From NCBI GenBank assembly GCA_029250605.1, contig JAQXEZ010000002.1, positions 22,775-86,774 on the forward strand: a stretch of 64,000 bases of DNA, read 5' to 3'. Under the pieces are notes generated by a model that saw nothing but the letters and a program-made list of their open reading frames with translations, was not told the origin of the DNA and made no database searches. The translations under genes and the position numbers were made by a program. The stretch is from Candidatus Thalassarchaeaceae archaeon. Its GTDB lineage: Archaea; Thermoplasmatota; Poseidoniia; Poseidoniales; Thalassarchaeaceae. Shown piece after piece: positions 1 through 10,281 of this stretch (its first letter is position 1; each line of letters opens with the position of its first letter).

Positions 1-76
1 TTCCTCCCTTTCCGGATTGTCCTACATTATCATATCTGTGGAATAACACCCCTCTAGTCCCACATTAGGCTTGAAA

Positions 77-1192
77 CTAGTTTCCACCGGTGATGTTGTT
101 AATCGATTCCAGAAGTTCTTTTTGTCCGGAAAAATGGTCAGAAATCGGCGATAATACTTCTGAGAGGCCATCGGCAATCGCCATCTTAGCATCCAATGGG
201 TGAATTGTTCCATCCGAGACTGCGTCGATGAAGGACTGAGCATCGTCCCACTCCGAAGCCTCCCCGTACTTGGGATCTGGGGAAACGGTGATCTTTCCTA
301 TTTTGGGAATTATAACATGCTTGGAAATTTCGAAAACTGGAGAGTTTTGGTTCCCGACCTCTAGGAAGGCCTTACGCATCTTTGACCTAATTGTTTCAAT
401 GCCATCATCCAGCAATATTGCATTTCCAGGGTCGGACTTGGACATTTTGTGATCGAAAGAATCCATCCTCCCACCGGGCCCCTTTAGACCCGATAGCATC
501 GGAGTATGGATGCAAGTTGGCTTAATCCAGTGGTTTTTCTCGGCGACCTCACGCATGTACATGTGCGCCTTTCTCTGATCCATTCCTCCGAATGCGATGT
601 CGACCCCCAACTCAAAGATATCTGCAGCCTGTAGAGCAGGATAGTAGAATGCTGCTAGATCATGGTCCGATGAATCCTCGTCGCGGCCCATTATGCTGAA
701 TGTTCTGCGAACCCTTGAGAGGCTCATGTTCTTTGAGCATCTGAGTACTCTTTCCCAATATTTTCCAGAATCCATTACCTCAGAGGCCCGGATAAATTGT
801 ATCTCTCCTGGGCCCTTGCCTTCCGTGGGGTTTTCTAGAATTGCCCTAAACATCTCAGACATGTACTCAGAAGCTATGGAAATCTTCTCCATGTCTCTTC
901 CAAACTTGTCATTTACCCATGCATGCCAGTCGGCGAGTAAGATGATTACATTAACACCCTCGTCAATTAAGTTTCTAATTGTATCAGCAAGTATCATCCA
1001 ACCAAGATGAGCCTTACCACTTGGCTCTAGGCCTACATAAGCCACCAATTCACGGTCTCCAGAGTGGCTTAACCCCCCGGAAAGTACGGATTCTACATGA
1101 TTAATCCCAACGACCTCTTGGCACCCAGAGAACATCCTCACAATACGTTCTCGGGATTCCGAGTCTATTTCTGGAGGCTTTCCCTCTGACAT
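77..1192 (-). CDS. tyrS: Tyrosyl-tRNA synthetase (archaeal type)
   Basis: YVGLEPSGKAHLG (HIGH-like), YPALQAAD, GGMDQRKAH, KMSKS and HPLDAK motifs. Confidence 0.95.
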   Translation of the reverse strand: MSEGKPPEIDSESRERIVRMFSGCQEVVGINHVESVLSGGLSHSGDRELVAYVGLEPSGKAHLGWMILADTIRNLIDEGVNVIILLADWHAWVNDKFGRDMEKISIASEYMSEMFRAILENPTEGKGPGEIQFIRASEVMDSGKYWERVLRCSKNMSLSRVRRTFSIMGRDEDSSDHDLAAFYYPALQAADIFELGVDIAFGGMDQRKAHMYMREVAEKNHWIKPTCIHTPMLSGLKGPGGRMDSFDHKMSKSDPGNAILLDDGIETIRSKMRKAFLEVGNQNSPVFEISKHVIIPKIGKITVSPDPKYGEASEWDDAQSFIDAVSDGTIHPLDAKMAIADGLSEVLSPISDHFSGQKELLESINNITGGN

Positions 1193-1200
1193 TTGGTCAC

Positions 1201-1713
1201 CTAGTTGAACAGCTTGTTGAGCTTCTGAGCCCTGCCCGCCGCCTTGGTATTGTCGTTGGCATCAAGAAGATTTTCAATCTCTTCTATCAGGGATTCTGCT
1301 TGTTCTTTCTTTTCCCCTGGGATACTTTCTGACAACTCCATGAAGTGCTTTGCTGCAGAGATTGCAGACTTTGCCTTTGAGGCCTTTTTAGCCCACTCCT
1401 TCGCCTTATCCCCTCGTTTCTTAGAATTGTAACCAGTCGCCTTGTCAAGGAAGGCCGTCCACCTCTTCCTATCTTCCATGGCGGACTTCATCGCTTCGGG
1501 ATCTTCGAAGTTGGGTGGAACATTAGTGATATCGACAATCATTGCTCCATTTTCATATCTGGCTTCGATAGATGTCATCACCCCATGTGAAGCTCCGAAG
1601 GAGTGGTCCGAATGACTTTCGACTTCGTCGAAGAACTCCTTTGCAAGAGCAGCCAGTCCGCCACTTCCACCTACTTCCTTGATTAATCCCCTGCGAACGT
1701 CGAATCGCTCCAT
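1201..1713 (-). CDS. DUF5611-like archaeal conserved protein with helical C-terminal extension
   Basis: FDVRRG N-terminus and FLDKATGYNSKKR motif. Start placed at ATG 1713 (GAGGGG RBS upstream) rather than 1809. Confidence 0.6.
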   Translation of the reverse strand: MERFDVRRGLIKEVGGSGGLAALAKEFFDEVESHSDHSFGASHGVMTSIEARYENGAMIVDITNVPPNFEDPEAMKSAMEDRKRWTAFLDKATGYNSKKRGDKAKEWAKKASKAKSAISAAKHFMELSESIPGEKKEQAESLIEEIENLLDANDNTKAAGRAQKLNKLFN

Positions 1714-1809
1714 ACCCCTCCGAATGAACAGGGTCTCTTCAATACTGCCGACCCAGATGACATCTCGAACTAGTACAAGGGCTAAACGGGCACAGCATCT
1801 CCGACGCAC

Positions 1810-3045
1810 ATGGGCAAGGGATATTTGCCGGCAATAATGGGGGTCGTTGTCCTACTTTTGTCGCCACTGGTAGTGGCACAGTCGGTGGTCACAATGGAAA
1901 GCGTCGTTATTCTTGACGAGCGTGACCTTGGCATAGAGGGGGCGGCAGTTTCTCCAGATGGAAAATCCATTCTAGCCTATGGGGACGAATCTGCGATATT
2001 CGTAATGGATTCTGAGGCTCCAAGAAACAATTCGAAAGTTCATTTTATTGGGAGTGAAACTCTAATGGATGCTTCATTCCACCCTAGTGGCAATTCTGCA
2101 CTTCTAGTTGGCGAGGAAGGTCTTGTATTGAGGTTTATTTCCACCAATAACACCATCGAGAACGCAGGTGGCGCTTCGACCTTCGGGAGCACTGAACTCA
2201 AGGCTATATCGTGGAATGGGGATGGTAGTTGGGCCTACATTGGTGGTGAAGGTGGTTGGATTTGGAGATTCAGGAGTCTGGAAGGGGGAGGAGTGGAGGC
2301 GATACCTCTCGAAAATAGGGGTGAAAGCGACGTGAGTGCAATTTCTTGCCTTCGGGGTTATAATATCTGTATCGTTTCCTCAAGCGTCGATGGAATTGGA
2401 GTGATAAATCAAGAACATGAGTTATTCTGGATCGGAGGATATGGCAATCCTTGGGTTGACGTCACGTGCCCCTCGAGTATCGCAATGGAATGTGTTGTCA
2501 TCTCCTCTGACTTGACCATTGCTAGGATTGGGATGGACATTGAAGATCCATCAAAAACTACGATTTATGACAATGACATCGTACAATTGCAAGGATTCGA
2601 GGGAATTATGACTGGGATCAATATCCAAACAGATGGTAATTCCTTGATTTCACTGGCTCCCTTTGGATTAGTCGAACATGACCTAGATGAAAGCAAGTCA
2701 TTCCACTGGTTGGATAATACTGACGCGGCGGATTTCGATACTTCAATCTCGGGACAGAGGATTGTTTCAACATGGGGTACTGGGGCCTTTGATGGATGGA
2801 TAATTACTGATAGTGGGACCATCGTTTCATTCACAACGACTACTCAAAGCGAGGGAGGGACAATGCTTGAAATCTGGATTGGAATTATCATTCTTGGAGG
2901 GACAACTTTGATGATAGTCTCTCTGCTTACCAGTTCTTCTCCGAGACTTAGCAGATGGATTACAAAAAAAATCGGTAGTGAAGAAGAGCGGAAAAGTGTG
3001 ATCAGGGAAGAAAGGCTGCTTTCAAGGAAAAAAGGACGAGCATAA
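1810..3045 (+). CDS. Secreted, membrane-anchored beta-propeller-like protein
   Basis: Signal peptide (LLSPLVVA-Q), WD40-like segments (AVSPDGKSI, SFHPSGNSA, SWNGDGSWA), C-terminal TM helix and basic tail. Confidence 0.6.
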   Translation: MGKGYLPAIMGVVVLLLSPLVVAQSVVTMESVVILDERDLGIEGAAVSPDGKSILAYGDESAIFVMDSEAPRNNSKVHFIGSETLMDASFHPSGNSALLVGEEGLVLRFISTNNTIENAGGASTFGSTELKAISWNGDGSWAYIGGEGGWIWRFRSLEGGGVEAIPLENRGESDVSAISCLRGYNICIVSSSVDGIGVINQEHELFWIGGYGNPWVDVTCPSSIAMECVVISSDLTIARIGMDIEDPSKTTIYDNDIVQLQGFEGIMTGINIQTDGNSLISLAPFGLVEHDLDESKSFHWLDNTDAADFDTSISGQRIVSTWGTGAFDGWIITDSGTIVSFTTTTQSEGGTMLEIWIGIIILGGTTLMIVSLLTSSSPRLSRWITKKIGSEEERKSVIREERLLSRKKGRA

Positions 3046-3081
3046 ATTCATGTGTAAACTTGCTCGCGAAGGGTTGAGAAC

Positions 3082-4254
3082 ATGGCATACGAGGCGTTAG
3101 ACTTCTACGACATCGATTCCTTGCTGACCGAGGAAGAGCGAATGGTTAGAGACATGGTACGAGACTGGGTGGAAGAAAGGATTCTGCCGAATATTGAGGA
3201 TGCGTGCAGAGACGGGGTTTTCCCAGACGAGTGGAGGGTTGAGATTGGAGAGATGGGCATCCTTGGAGCTCCTTTGAAGGGATATGGTTGCCCTGGCCTC
3301 TCTTACATTGCATACGGACTAATTTGTCAAGAGTTGGAGCGCGGAGATAGTGGTGTTCGTTCATTTGCTAGCGTCCAAGGCTCTCTAGCGATGTACCCCA
3401 TTTGGGACTTCGGAAGCGAAGAACAGAAGGAGAAGTATTTGCCTGGGATGGCAAAAGGTGATTTGGTCGGGTGCTTCGGCCTTACTGAACCAGACTATGG
3501 TTCCAATCCCGGGGACATGATCACTCGGGCGGAAGACAAAGGGGACCACTTCCTTCTGAATGGGGCAAAGATGTGGATCACGAATGGGACAATTGCAGAT
3601 TTGGCTGTTGTCTGGGCAAAGCTCGAGGGGGAAATCCGTGGTTTCATTGTTGAGAAGGGAGATGAGGGTTTCAGTGCCCCGGAAATGAAGGGAAAGCACT
3701 CACTCAAAGCGAGTGTTACCAGCGAATTGGTTTTCCAAGACTGCAAAATTCCGAAGGATAGGGTGTTACCGGATGTAAAGGGCCTCAAAGGTCCATTCAG
3801 TTGCCTCAATAATGCCAGATATGGAATCTCATGGGGAGCTGTTGGGGCTGCACAATCATGCTTCAACTCTGCGAGAGAATATGCCCTAAGTAGAATACAA
3901 TTTGGGCATCCTATTGCTTCATTCCAACTCGTTCAGAATAAACTCTCGTGGATGCTACGCGAGATTACCAAGGGTCAATTACTGGCATATCACATTGGGA
4001 AGAAGAAAGACGATGGTAGTTGGATTCCAGAGCAGATTTCCCTAGCCAAAATGAATAATGTCGACATGGCTCTTGAAATCGCCCGTATGTCAAGGGACAT
4101 CCATGGTGCGAATGGAATTCTCGATGAGTACCCAGTGATGAGGCATATGGCTAATCTAGAGTCAGTCAAGACGTATGAGGGCACACATGACATCCACAAT
4201 CTGATACTGGGAAGGCATATCACGGGCATTCAGTCGTTCACAAGGGAGCCTTGA
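3082..4254 (+). CDS. gcdH: Acyl-CoA dehydrogenase, glutaryl-CoA dehydrogenase-like
   Basis: GCFGLTEPDYGS, GAKMWITNG, RYGISWG, TYEGTHDIH motifs; lies upstream of etfBA. Confidence 0.85.
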   Translation: MAYEALDFYDIDSLLTEEERMVRDMVRDWVEERILPNIEDACRDGVFPDEWRVEIGEMGILGAPLKGYGCPGLSYIAYGLICQELERGDSGVRSFASVQGSLAMYPIWDFGSEEQKEKYLPGMAKGDLVGCFGLTEPDYGSNPGDMITRAEDKGDHFLLNGAKMWITNGTIADLAVVWAKLEGEIRGFIVEKGDEGFSAPEMKGKHSLKASVTSELVFQDCKIPKDRVLPDVKGLKGPFSCLNNARYGISWGAVGAAQSCFNSAREYALSRIQFGHPIASFQLVQNKLSWMLREITKGQLLAYHIGKKKDDGSWIPEQISLAKMNNVDMALEIARMSRDIHGANGILDEYPVMRHMANLESVKTYEGTHDIHNLILGRHITGIQSFTREP

Positions 4255-4319
4255 ACCGCAAGAGCCTATCGTCCCAATATTGAAAGAGCCGCCTCCGACC
4301 CCGTGAACTGGGTAGCATT

Positions 4320-5075
4320 ATGGGAATAGCAGTTCTGCTTAAGCAGGTCCCGGATACTACTGCCAAGATTGGCATTAGTGGAGGCAGGGTAGATGAGTCC
4401 TCGATCACAAAGTGGTCAATTAGCCCATATGACGAGTATGCCTTGGAGAACGCTATCAAGTTGAAGGAGTCGGGCTACGGAGATGTTGTCGCGATTACAT
4501 GTGGCCCTGCTCGAGCCGCCAAATGTCTCACAGAGGCTGCAGCAGTGGGAGCAGATCGGTTAATCCATATCCTGACTGAGTCCTCATTGGACAGCATCCA
4601 AGTCCAATCTCTCCTATCTGCAGCTGTAAAAGAGGCTGAGTGCGATGTGGTGATGTGTGGCAAGCAGGCAGCAGACACCAATAGCGGCTCCACAGGACCT
4701 GGTTTGGCTAGCTCTTTGGGATTCTCCTGCGTAGGCGGAGTCACAGGAGTGTCAATGGACGGAGGAGTAGCCTCTGCTACTCGTCTAGGCCTTTCAGGTT
4801 TGGAAGAGGTAGAAGTTGGGGTGCCCTGTGTTTTCACATTTGACAAAGGAGACTCGGAGCTGAGGAGGCCGAATGTCAGAGGGATAATGATGGCCAAGAA
4901 GAAGCCCATAGATGCCCTCACGCCCGAGGATTTGGGGGTTGATGAAAGTAATTCAAGGGTCAGCATAACGTCTCATTCTTCACCACCAGAGAAGCAACCG
5001 GGGCAGAAATTCGTTGGTTCGGAATCGGTTCCCGAGGTGGTTAACAAGCTAAGGGAAGAAGCGAACGTAATCTAG
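4320..5075 (+). CDS. etfB: Electron transfer flavoprotein beta subunit
   Basis: LKQVPD, PYDEYALE, GKQAAD, RRPNVRGIMMAKKKPI. Confidence 0.95.
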   Translation: MGIAVLLKQVPDTTAKIGISGGRVDESSITKWSISPYDEYALENAIKLKESGYGDVVAITCGPARAAKCLTEAAAVGADRLIHILTESSLDSIQVQSLLSAAVKEAECDVVMCGKQAADTNSGSTGPGLASSLGFSCVGGVTGVSMDGGVASATRLGLSGLEEVEVGVPCVFTFDKGDSELRRPNVRGIMMAKKKPIDALTPEDLGVDESNSRVSITSHSSPPEKQPGQKFVGSESVPEVVNKLREEANVI

Positions 5076-5085
5076 AGGTGGAAAG

Positions 5086-6015
5086 GTGAGAACGACAGTT
5101 ATATCAGAATCTAGCAATGGTGCCTTGCACCCAGTTACTGCACAACTAGTCGGAGCTGCATCCTCCCTAGGAGGGCCAATCACGGTCATCTGCCCTGGAG
5201 GCGTGGGATCCTCCGATGTATCACATATTTCTGGCGTTACAAAGGTAATCTCAGTAGAAGGCGCCTGCTTCGAGACCTACGATTGCTTGGCTTGGTCAAC
5301 GTCCCTGTCACCCTTGGTCGAGGGAGATCTTATCCTCTCTTCGTCATCCGCAATTGGTAGGGAGTTGATTTCGTCAATAGCTGCAGCAAAGGGCATCCCC
5401 GTCGTACAAGATGTGATTAGCCTAAAAGATGGTTTTTCGGTGACTAGGACGATATACTCAGGGAAGGCGATTGAGGAAGTTGTTATTTCGTCCCCCTGCG
5501 CGATCAGCCTAAGGGCTAATTCATTCGAATCTGCAGAGGAGGGCGGTAATGCAGAAACCACTACTATTGATGTCAACCAGGAGGTTTCCGTTGCAGTCAA
5601 ACAAGCACTAGCAAGAGCGAGTGAAAGGCTCGATGTCTCAGAGGCAGAAATTATCATTTCAGGGGGGAGGGGGATGGGCAGCCCAGCAAACTTCTCCCAC
5701 CTTTACGAAGTCGCAGACGTACTTGGGGCTGCAGTTGGAGCGAGCAGAGCTGCAGTGGATACTTGGGATGAGATTCCGCATAGCATGCAAGTCGGCCAAA
5801 CCGGGAAAACTGTAACTCCGAACCTATACATCGCAGTTGGGATAAGTGGGGCAATCCAGCATCTCGCTGGGATGCGTTCGAGCAAATTTATCCTAGCAAT
5901 AAACAAGGACCCGGAAGCACCAATCTTTGGTGTCGCGGATTACGGAATCGTTTCTACATGGGAAGATGCACTGCCAGTGTTGAAAGACCATCTTGCAGAA
6001 CTACTGTCAAACTGA
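5086..6015 (+). CDS. etfA: Electron transfer flavoprotein alpha subunit
   Basis: SGGRG, VGASRAAVD, QVGQTGKTV, GISGAIQHLAGM, AINKDPEAPIF. Confidence 0.95.
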   Translation: MRTTVISESSNGALHPVTAQLVGAASSLGGPITVICPGGVGSSDVSHISGVTKVISVEGACFETYDCLAWSTSLSPLVEGDLILSSSSAIGRELISSIAAAKGIPVVQDVISLKDGFSVTRTIYSGKAIEEVVISSPCAISLRANSFESAEEGGNAETTTIDVNQEVSVAVKQALARASERLDVSEAEIIISGGRGMGSPANFSHLYEVADVLGAAVGASRAAVDTWDEIPHSMQVGQTGKTVTPNLYIAVGISGAIQHLAGMRSSKFILAINKDPEAPIFGVADYGIVSTWEDALPVLKDHLAELLSN

Positions 6016-7509
6016 TGCCTGCTCCTTCTCGGAGTCGGCCCTAATTTGTCCGATCCTACTGAGGTACTCCTCGGTAACCCCTCCGGTAACATATATCCCA
6101 TTGAAGCAAGAGCAATCGAAATCCGCTGGAGAGTCTGCACCTGCACTCGTGCAGGACTCTACAAGGTCCTCTAGTTTCTGGTAGATCAGCCAATCGGCCC
6201 CTATAGAGTTGCAAATCTCCTCATTTGTCTTGCCATAAGCGACATATTCCTCCCTAGCCGGCATATCGATGCCATACACATTCGGGTGTATGATTGGCGG
6301 GGATGATGAAGCGAACAACACTCTTGATGCTCCGGCATCTCTCGCCATCTGGACGATTCTTCGAGATGTGTTCCCTCTGACTATGCTATCATCTACAATC
6401 AGAACTGCCTTTCCTTCAAACTCTTCATCGATTGTATTCAGTTTCTTCCTAACCGAGTCCTTTCTTATCTTCTGCCCCGGCATTATGAATGTCCTCCCTA
6501 TGTAACGATTCTTCACAAAACCCTCCCGATAGGGGATGCCCAATGCGCTAGAAAGCCCTAGAGCAGCGATTCTTCCGCTATCTGGGACTGGGATCACTGC
6601 TTCGATTTCATTTTCCTTGAATGATTTTGCGACTCTCTTTGCAAGAGATTCCCCCATTCTCAACCTTGCCTTGTGGACTGAGATGCCATCAATTACAGAG
6701 TCTGGCCTAGCAAAGTAAACATGCTCGAAAACACATGGTGTGTGAGAAACTTTGGGATGACAGGCCTTTGAAATAGTCCGACCATCCATCCTGACGATTA
6801 CTGCTTCTCCTGGATCTACGTCCCTGTCCATCTCGAAGCCGATTGACTGGCAAACGACGCTTTCTGAAGATACTAGCCTCTCCGTGAAGTTGCCGACTAC
6901 TCTCTTCCCCAAAAATAGTGGACGTATGCCATGAGGATCCCTGAATGCGACCATCCCCCAGCCGGTAATTAGGCATACTACACTGTAGCTTCCTTCTACT
7001 CTCAAGTGAGTCCTCTCGACCGCTCGGAAGACGTCGTCCTCACCCAGAGCGTCCATCCCACCTGGTCGGCCATCTACTGATCTCTGGATTTCTGCGGCGA
7101 AAAGGTTGAGCAGGGCCTCTGAATCAGAACTAGTGTTAATTCTACGATGATCGTATTCTAGGAGGCCAGAAATTATGTCAGGAGTGTTGTTCAAATTTCC
7201 ATTGTGGGCTAGACTGACTCCAAATGGGGTATTGGTGTAGAATGGCTGTGCCTCTGCGGAAGAGTTGGACCCTGCGGTTGGGTATCTAACGTGTCCAATC
7301 CCCATTGAACCGACTAATTTCTTCATGTGGCGCTCAAGAAAGACATCCCGGACTAATCCATTTGCTCTCCGGTGAGAGATATTATCAGAATCGCTGGTTA
7401 CTATTCCCGCTGCATCTTGGCCTCTATGCTGTAAAACGATAAGGCCGTCATAGACAGGAGTAGCGACTTGAGTTCCGGGGTTGCCAACTATTCCGATGAT
7501 TCCGCACAT
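6007..7509 (-). CDS. purF: Amidophosphoribosyltransferase
   Basis: N-terminal MCGI (Ntn Cys), QHRGQD, HNGN, YFARPDS, VDDSIVRG, YGIDM. Confidence 0.97.
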   Translation of the reverse strand: MCGIIGIVGNPGTQVATPVYDGLIVLQHRGQDAAGIVTSDSDNISHRRANGLVRDVFLERHMKKLVGSMGIGHVRYPTAGSNSSAEAQPFYTNTPFGVSLAHNGNLNNTPDIISGLLEYDHRRINTSSDSEALLNLFAAEIQRSVDGRPGGMDALGEDDVFRAVERTHLRVEGSYSVVCLITGWGMVAFRDPHGIRPLFLGKRVVGNFTERLVSSESVVCQSIGFEMDRDVDPGEAVIVRMDGRTISKACHPKVSHTPCVFEHVYFARPDSVIDGISVHKARLRMGESLAKRVAKSFKENEIEAVIPVPDSGRIAALGLSSALGIPYREGFVKNRYIGRTFIMPGQKIRKDSVRKKLNTIDEEFEGKAVLIVDDSIVRGNTSRRIVQMARDAGASRVLFASSSPPIIHPNVYGIDMPAREEYVAYGKTNEEICNSIGADWLIYQKLEDLVESCTSAGADSPADFDCSCFNGIYVTGGVTEEYLSRIGQIRADSEKEQASV

Positions 7510-7560
7510 CGGCTATCATTCCCGGGTGTGCGACCAAGCCTTAGGCGTTTCCGGCATGCA

Positions 7561-7746
7561 TCACTTCTTCTGAGACATGGACCTATTACGCTTATTCCAC
7601 CTGAACTTCCTAAGTCTGGCTGTATCGCCATACCCGCAACTTGCGCATTGGCCCTTTTGCTTGTGATACGAGTGACGGCCACATCTCCTGCATCGAATAT
7701 GGGTGGATTTCTGCCTCTTGCCCATACTCGGTGTACCCTTTGACAT
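7561..7746 (-). CDS. rpl37e: 50S ribosomal protein L37e
   Basis: [16 protein letters not shown]...CASCGYG zinc finger; start at ATG 7746. Confidence 0.95.
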   Translation of the reverse strand: MSKGTPSMGKRQKSTHIRCRRCGRHSYHKQKGQCASCGYGDTARLRKFRWNKRNRSMSQKK

Positions 7747-7759
7747 GCGTTTCACCCTA

Positions 7760-8083
7760 CTAAGACGACGCGTCCACCGACCGATTTGTTAAGAGGCTTA
7801 TCCTGAATAATACCAATGTAGTTACTACCAAAAAGATGGGCAATAGTTCGAGCAAACCTATTATTGCCGAATTCATGGCTATTTCCAAGGATTCCGATTT
7901 ACTGTAGTTTGTGGAATTGATGGCTGAATAGAAGAAGACGGTTCCGGTTACAATTGTAGAAGAAAAAGCAAGTGAGCGGTTGTGTCGATTATAACACGAG
8001 GCAAAATGGATTAATGCGAACGAGGAGAAAAGGAGACCCCCTCCTGAGACAAGCAGCAGGGCTTCGGAGAATCCCACGCCCAT
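7760..8083 (-). CDS. Small hypothetical membrane protein
   Basis: About 3 hydrophobic helices; tightly packed with its neighbours. Confidence 0.55.
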   Translation of the reverse strand: MGVGFSEALLLVSGGGLLFSSFALIHFASCYNRHNRSLAFSSTIVTGTVFFYSAINSTNYSKSESLEIAMNSAIIGLLELLPIFLVVTTLVLFRISLLTNRSVDASS

Positions 8084-8084
8084 A

Positions 8085-8672
8085 CTAATCCCCTCCTAAT
8101 CGCCTTTCTAGAATAGTCCTCACAAGAACCTCTTCCTCATTCGAGAGTGGATCTGACTCATTCCTCAATCCTGATGCCATCTCAATTAGTGACGACCCGA
8201 TGATGATTGCAATTAGGCTTGATAAAACTCCCAGAACTGACAGAGCCCCTCTAGTAATCCCCAGTATAGAAAACGAGTTTCTCACATAGAAAAGGGCCGT
8301 CCACGAAACTGCGACCAAAAGCCATCCAGAAACAAGTCCTGGCATACTGGATTCACCATAAATCGGAGAATTGTGAAGAATAATCATTGCACCGATTACA
8401 AAGGGGAAGGCAATGGAAACTGATTGTAGAATCGACTCATGAAGTTCGATTCCCCCTTCGGTTAATTCATCAGGTAGCAGGATCAGGCAAGTCAGACCCA
8501 ATAGCATCAATGGAAAACCGAATCGACTCCTCTCAAAGGAAGGGCCCATTCGATGAAAGCTATTCCCTATTGCCATGATCAAGAAGGACAGCCAGATTAT
8601 CCCTTCGCCCCCAAACATGAATTGCGGGCAATGACTAGATTCTTGTGTTTTTCTTGTGTGTGGCCAGCGCAT
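8085..8672 (-). CDS. Hypothetical membrane protein (start may be about 57 nt downstream, at MFGG)
   Basis: About 5 hydrophobic segments with charged C-terminus; 1-nt gap to the next gene. Confidence 0.6.
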   Translation of the reverse strand: MRWPHTRKTQESSHCPQFMFGGEGIIWLSFLIMAIGNSFHRMGPSFERSRFGFPLMLLGLTCLILLPDELTEGGIELHESILQSVSIAFPFVIGAMIILHNSPIYGESSMPGLVSGWLLVAVSWTALFYVRNSFSILGITRGALSVLGVLSSLIAIIIGSSLIEMASGLRNESDPLSNEEEVLVRTILERRLGGD

Positions 8673-8749
8673 CTAGCCGAATCGCTCGACTAGATTCATA
8701 TACGGGTCATCGGTGGCTCGCGGCGCACAAGAAGTGAGGTGGCGCAAAA

Positions 8750-9031
8750 ATGGTCAAGATGCCGAGGAAAATTATGCGTTACAGCCCCTTTGCCGGAAAG
8801 CACACCGAGCACACCGTTGAGAGAGTCAAGAAGAGGAGGGCTAGTGAACTAAAGTGGGGCCAGAGGCGATTTAGGAGAGTCACGGCTGGGTACAGAGGAT
8901 TTCCTAGGCCAAAACCATCGGGAGAGAAGCCCACAAAGAGAGTAAACCTAGTATTCAGATGTACTGAGACTGGGAAGGCCCATTCCCCAAAGGGCAAGAG
9001 AGCTAGAAAATTCGAACTTGTGGATAACTGA
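8750..9031 (+). CDS. rpl44e: 50S ribosomal protein L44e (eL42)
   Basis: KHTEH, WGQRRFRR, GFPRP, KPTKRV; first gene of the canonical L44e-S27e-aIF2a-Nop10 cluster. Confidence 0.95.
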   Translation: MVKMPRKIMRYSPFAGKHTEHTVERVKKRRASELKWGQRRFRRVTAGYRGFPRPKPSGEKPTKRVNLVFRCTETGKAHSPKGKRARKFELVDN

Positions 9032-9040
9032 GGTGAACTA

Positions 9041-9211
9041 TTGGCCGGAAAATTCCTGAGAGTGAGTTGCAAAGACTGCGGAAACGAAGCCACCCTCTTC
9101 GATAGGGCTTCGACTGCAGTGTCCTGTCCAATTTGCGGATCAACCCTTGCAGAACCAGCTGGCGGGCTTGCCAACCTCATCGGATGTACCGTTGTTGAGG
9201 TTCTGAACTAG
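9041..9211 (+). CDS. rps27e: 30S ribosomal protein S27e (56 aa; missing from the ORF track)
   Basis: Manual translation from TTG 9041: MAGKFLRVSCKDCGNEATLFDRASTAVSCPICGSTLAEPAGG...; C4 zinc finger, GAGGTGA RBS, canonical position. Confidence 0.95.
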   Translation: MAGKFLRVSCKDCGNEATLFDRASTAVSCPICGSTLAEPAGGLANLIGCTVVEVLN

Positions 9212-9223
9212 AGGGGCTGCATC

Positions 9224-10012
9224 TTGGCGGATTTAGCGAATGACTGGCCTGAAGAAGGCGAGTTGGTCGTTTGCTCCGTGAAGAGCGTTAAAGAGAACGG
9301 AGCATATCTAAACCTAGATTCCTATCCAGAGAGGGAGGGTTTCGTATTCATTGGAGAGATCGCTACCGGATGGGTCAGGAATATCAGAGCCCATGTTAGA
9401 GAGGGCCAGAGAGTGGTGGCCAAGGTAATCGGGATAAAGAGAGAGAGGGACAGTGTAAACCTCTCAATAAAATCCGTTTCTGAGGAGCGAAGGAGGGATG
9501 CACTTCAGTCCTGGAAGAACGAGCAACGAGCATCTCAGATAATGAGGGTGGCCGCAGAAAGGATTGGTTGGGACGGAGCCAAGACGACTGCAGTCTCGGA
9601 GGAGATGAGGGAGGCGTTTGGCTCCCTTTATGGAGCTCTAGAGGAGTGTGCCATAACTGAGAGTGCTTTAGAGGAGTCTGGATTCGAGGGGGCTTGGATA
9701 GCAGTTGTAACAGAACTGGCAATCGAGAATATTGTTCCACCATTCGTGGAAATTAGGGGTTTGTTTGAGATCAAGGTATGGGGTCCCGAAGGAGTAGAGG
9801 CGATTAGTGGCGCCCTACAGGCTGCAGAGGATTGCGCGGATGGAGAAGATGAAGTCACCCTTACTTGCCATTATGATGGCGCGCCCAACTACAGGGTTGA
9901 TATCAAGGCACCAGATTACCCCTCGGCAGAGGCGGTGTGGGAAGCAGCCCAAGAGGCAGCGTCGAAGAAGATCGGGTCCGTAGAAGGATCGATAGCCATT
10001 GAAAGGCTCTGA
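9224..10012 (+). CDS. eif2a: Translation initiation factor aIF2 alpha
   Basis: WPEEGELVV S1 domain, GWVRNIR, WKNEQRA, GAPNYR; TTG start. Confidence 0.95.
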   Translation: MADLANDWPEEGELVVCSVKSVKENGAYLNLDSYPEREGFVFIGEIATGWVRNIRAHVREGQRVVAKVIGIKRERDSVNLSIKSVSEERRRDALQSWKNEQRASQIMRVAAERIGWDGAKTTAVSEEMREAFGSLYGALEECAITESALEESGFEGAWIAVVTELAIENIVPPFVEIRGLFEIKVWGPEGVEAISGALQAAEDCADGEDEVTLTCHYDGAPNYRVDIKAPDYPSAEAVWEAAQEAASKKIGSVEGSIAIERL

Positions 10013-10068
10013 ATGAACCAATATGGGAAGATACTTCATGAACCTCATCGAGGGGCTCGTCTTCATCC

Positions 10069-10281
10069 ATGGCTAGAACTAGGCTTCAACGCTGCACTAA
10101 ATGCAAGACATTTGGCCTTGGAGCGAAGTGCAAAGAGTGTGGCGGGAAAATGGAGTCAGCGACGGCTCTGAAGTTCTCCCCAGAAGATCCCCAGGGGGCT
10201 AGGCGTAGGAAAAGACAGGATGCGGGTAGCGAGAAATGGGTCAAATCCCTCCCAAGCCCCAGAAAGGGTGATGATTCGTGA
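10069..10281 (+). CDS. nop10: H/ACA RNP protein Nop10
   Basis: CTKC...CKECG, KFSPEDP; canonical position after aIF2a. Confidence 0.85.
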   Translation: MARTRLQRCTKCKTFGLGAKCKECGGKMESATALKFSPEDPQGARRRKRQDAGSEKWVKSLPSPRKGDDS

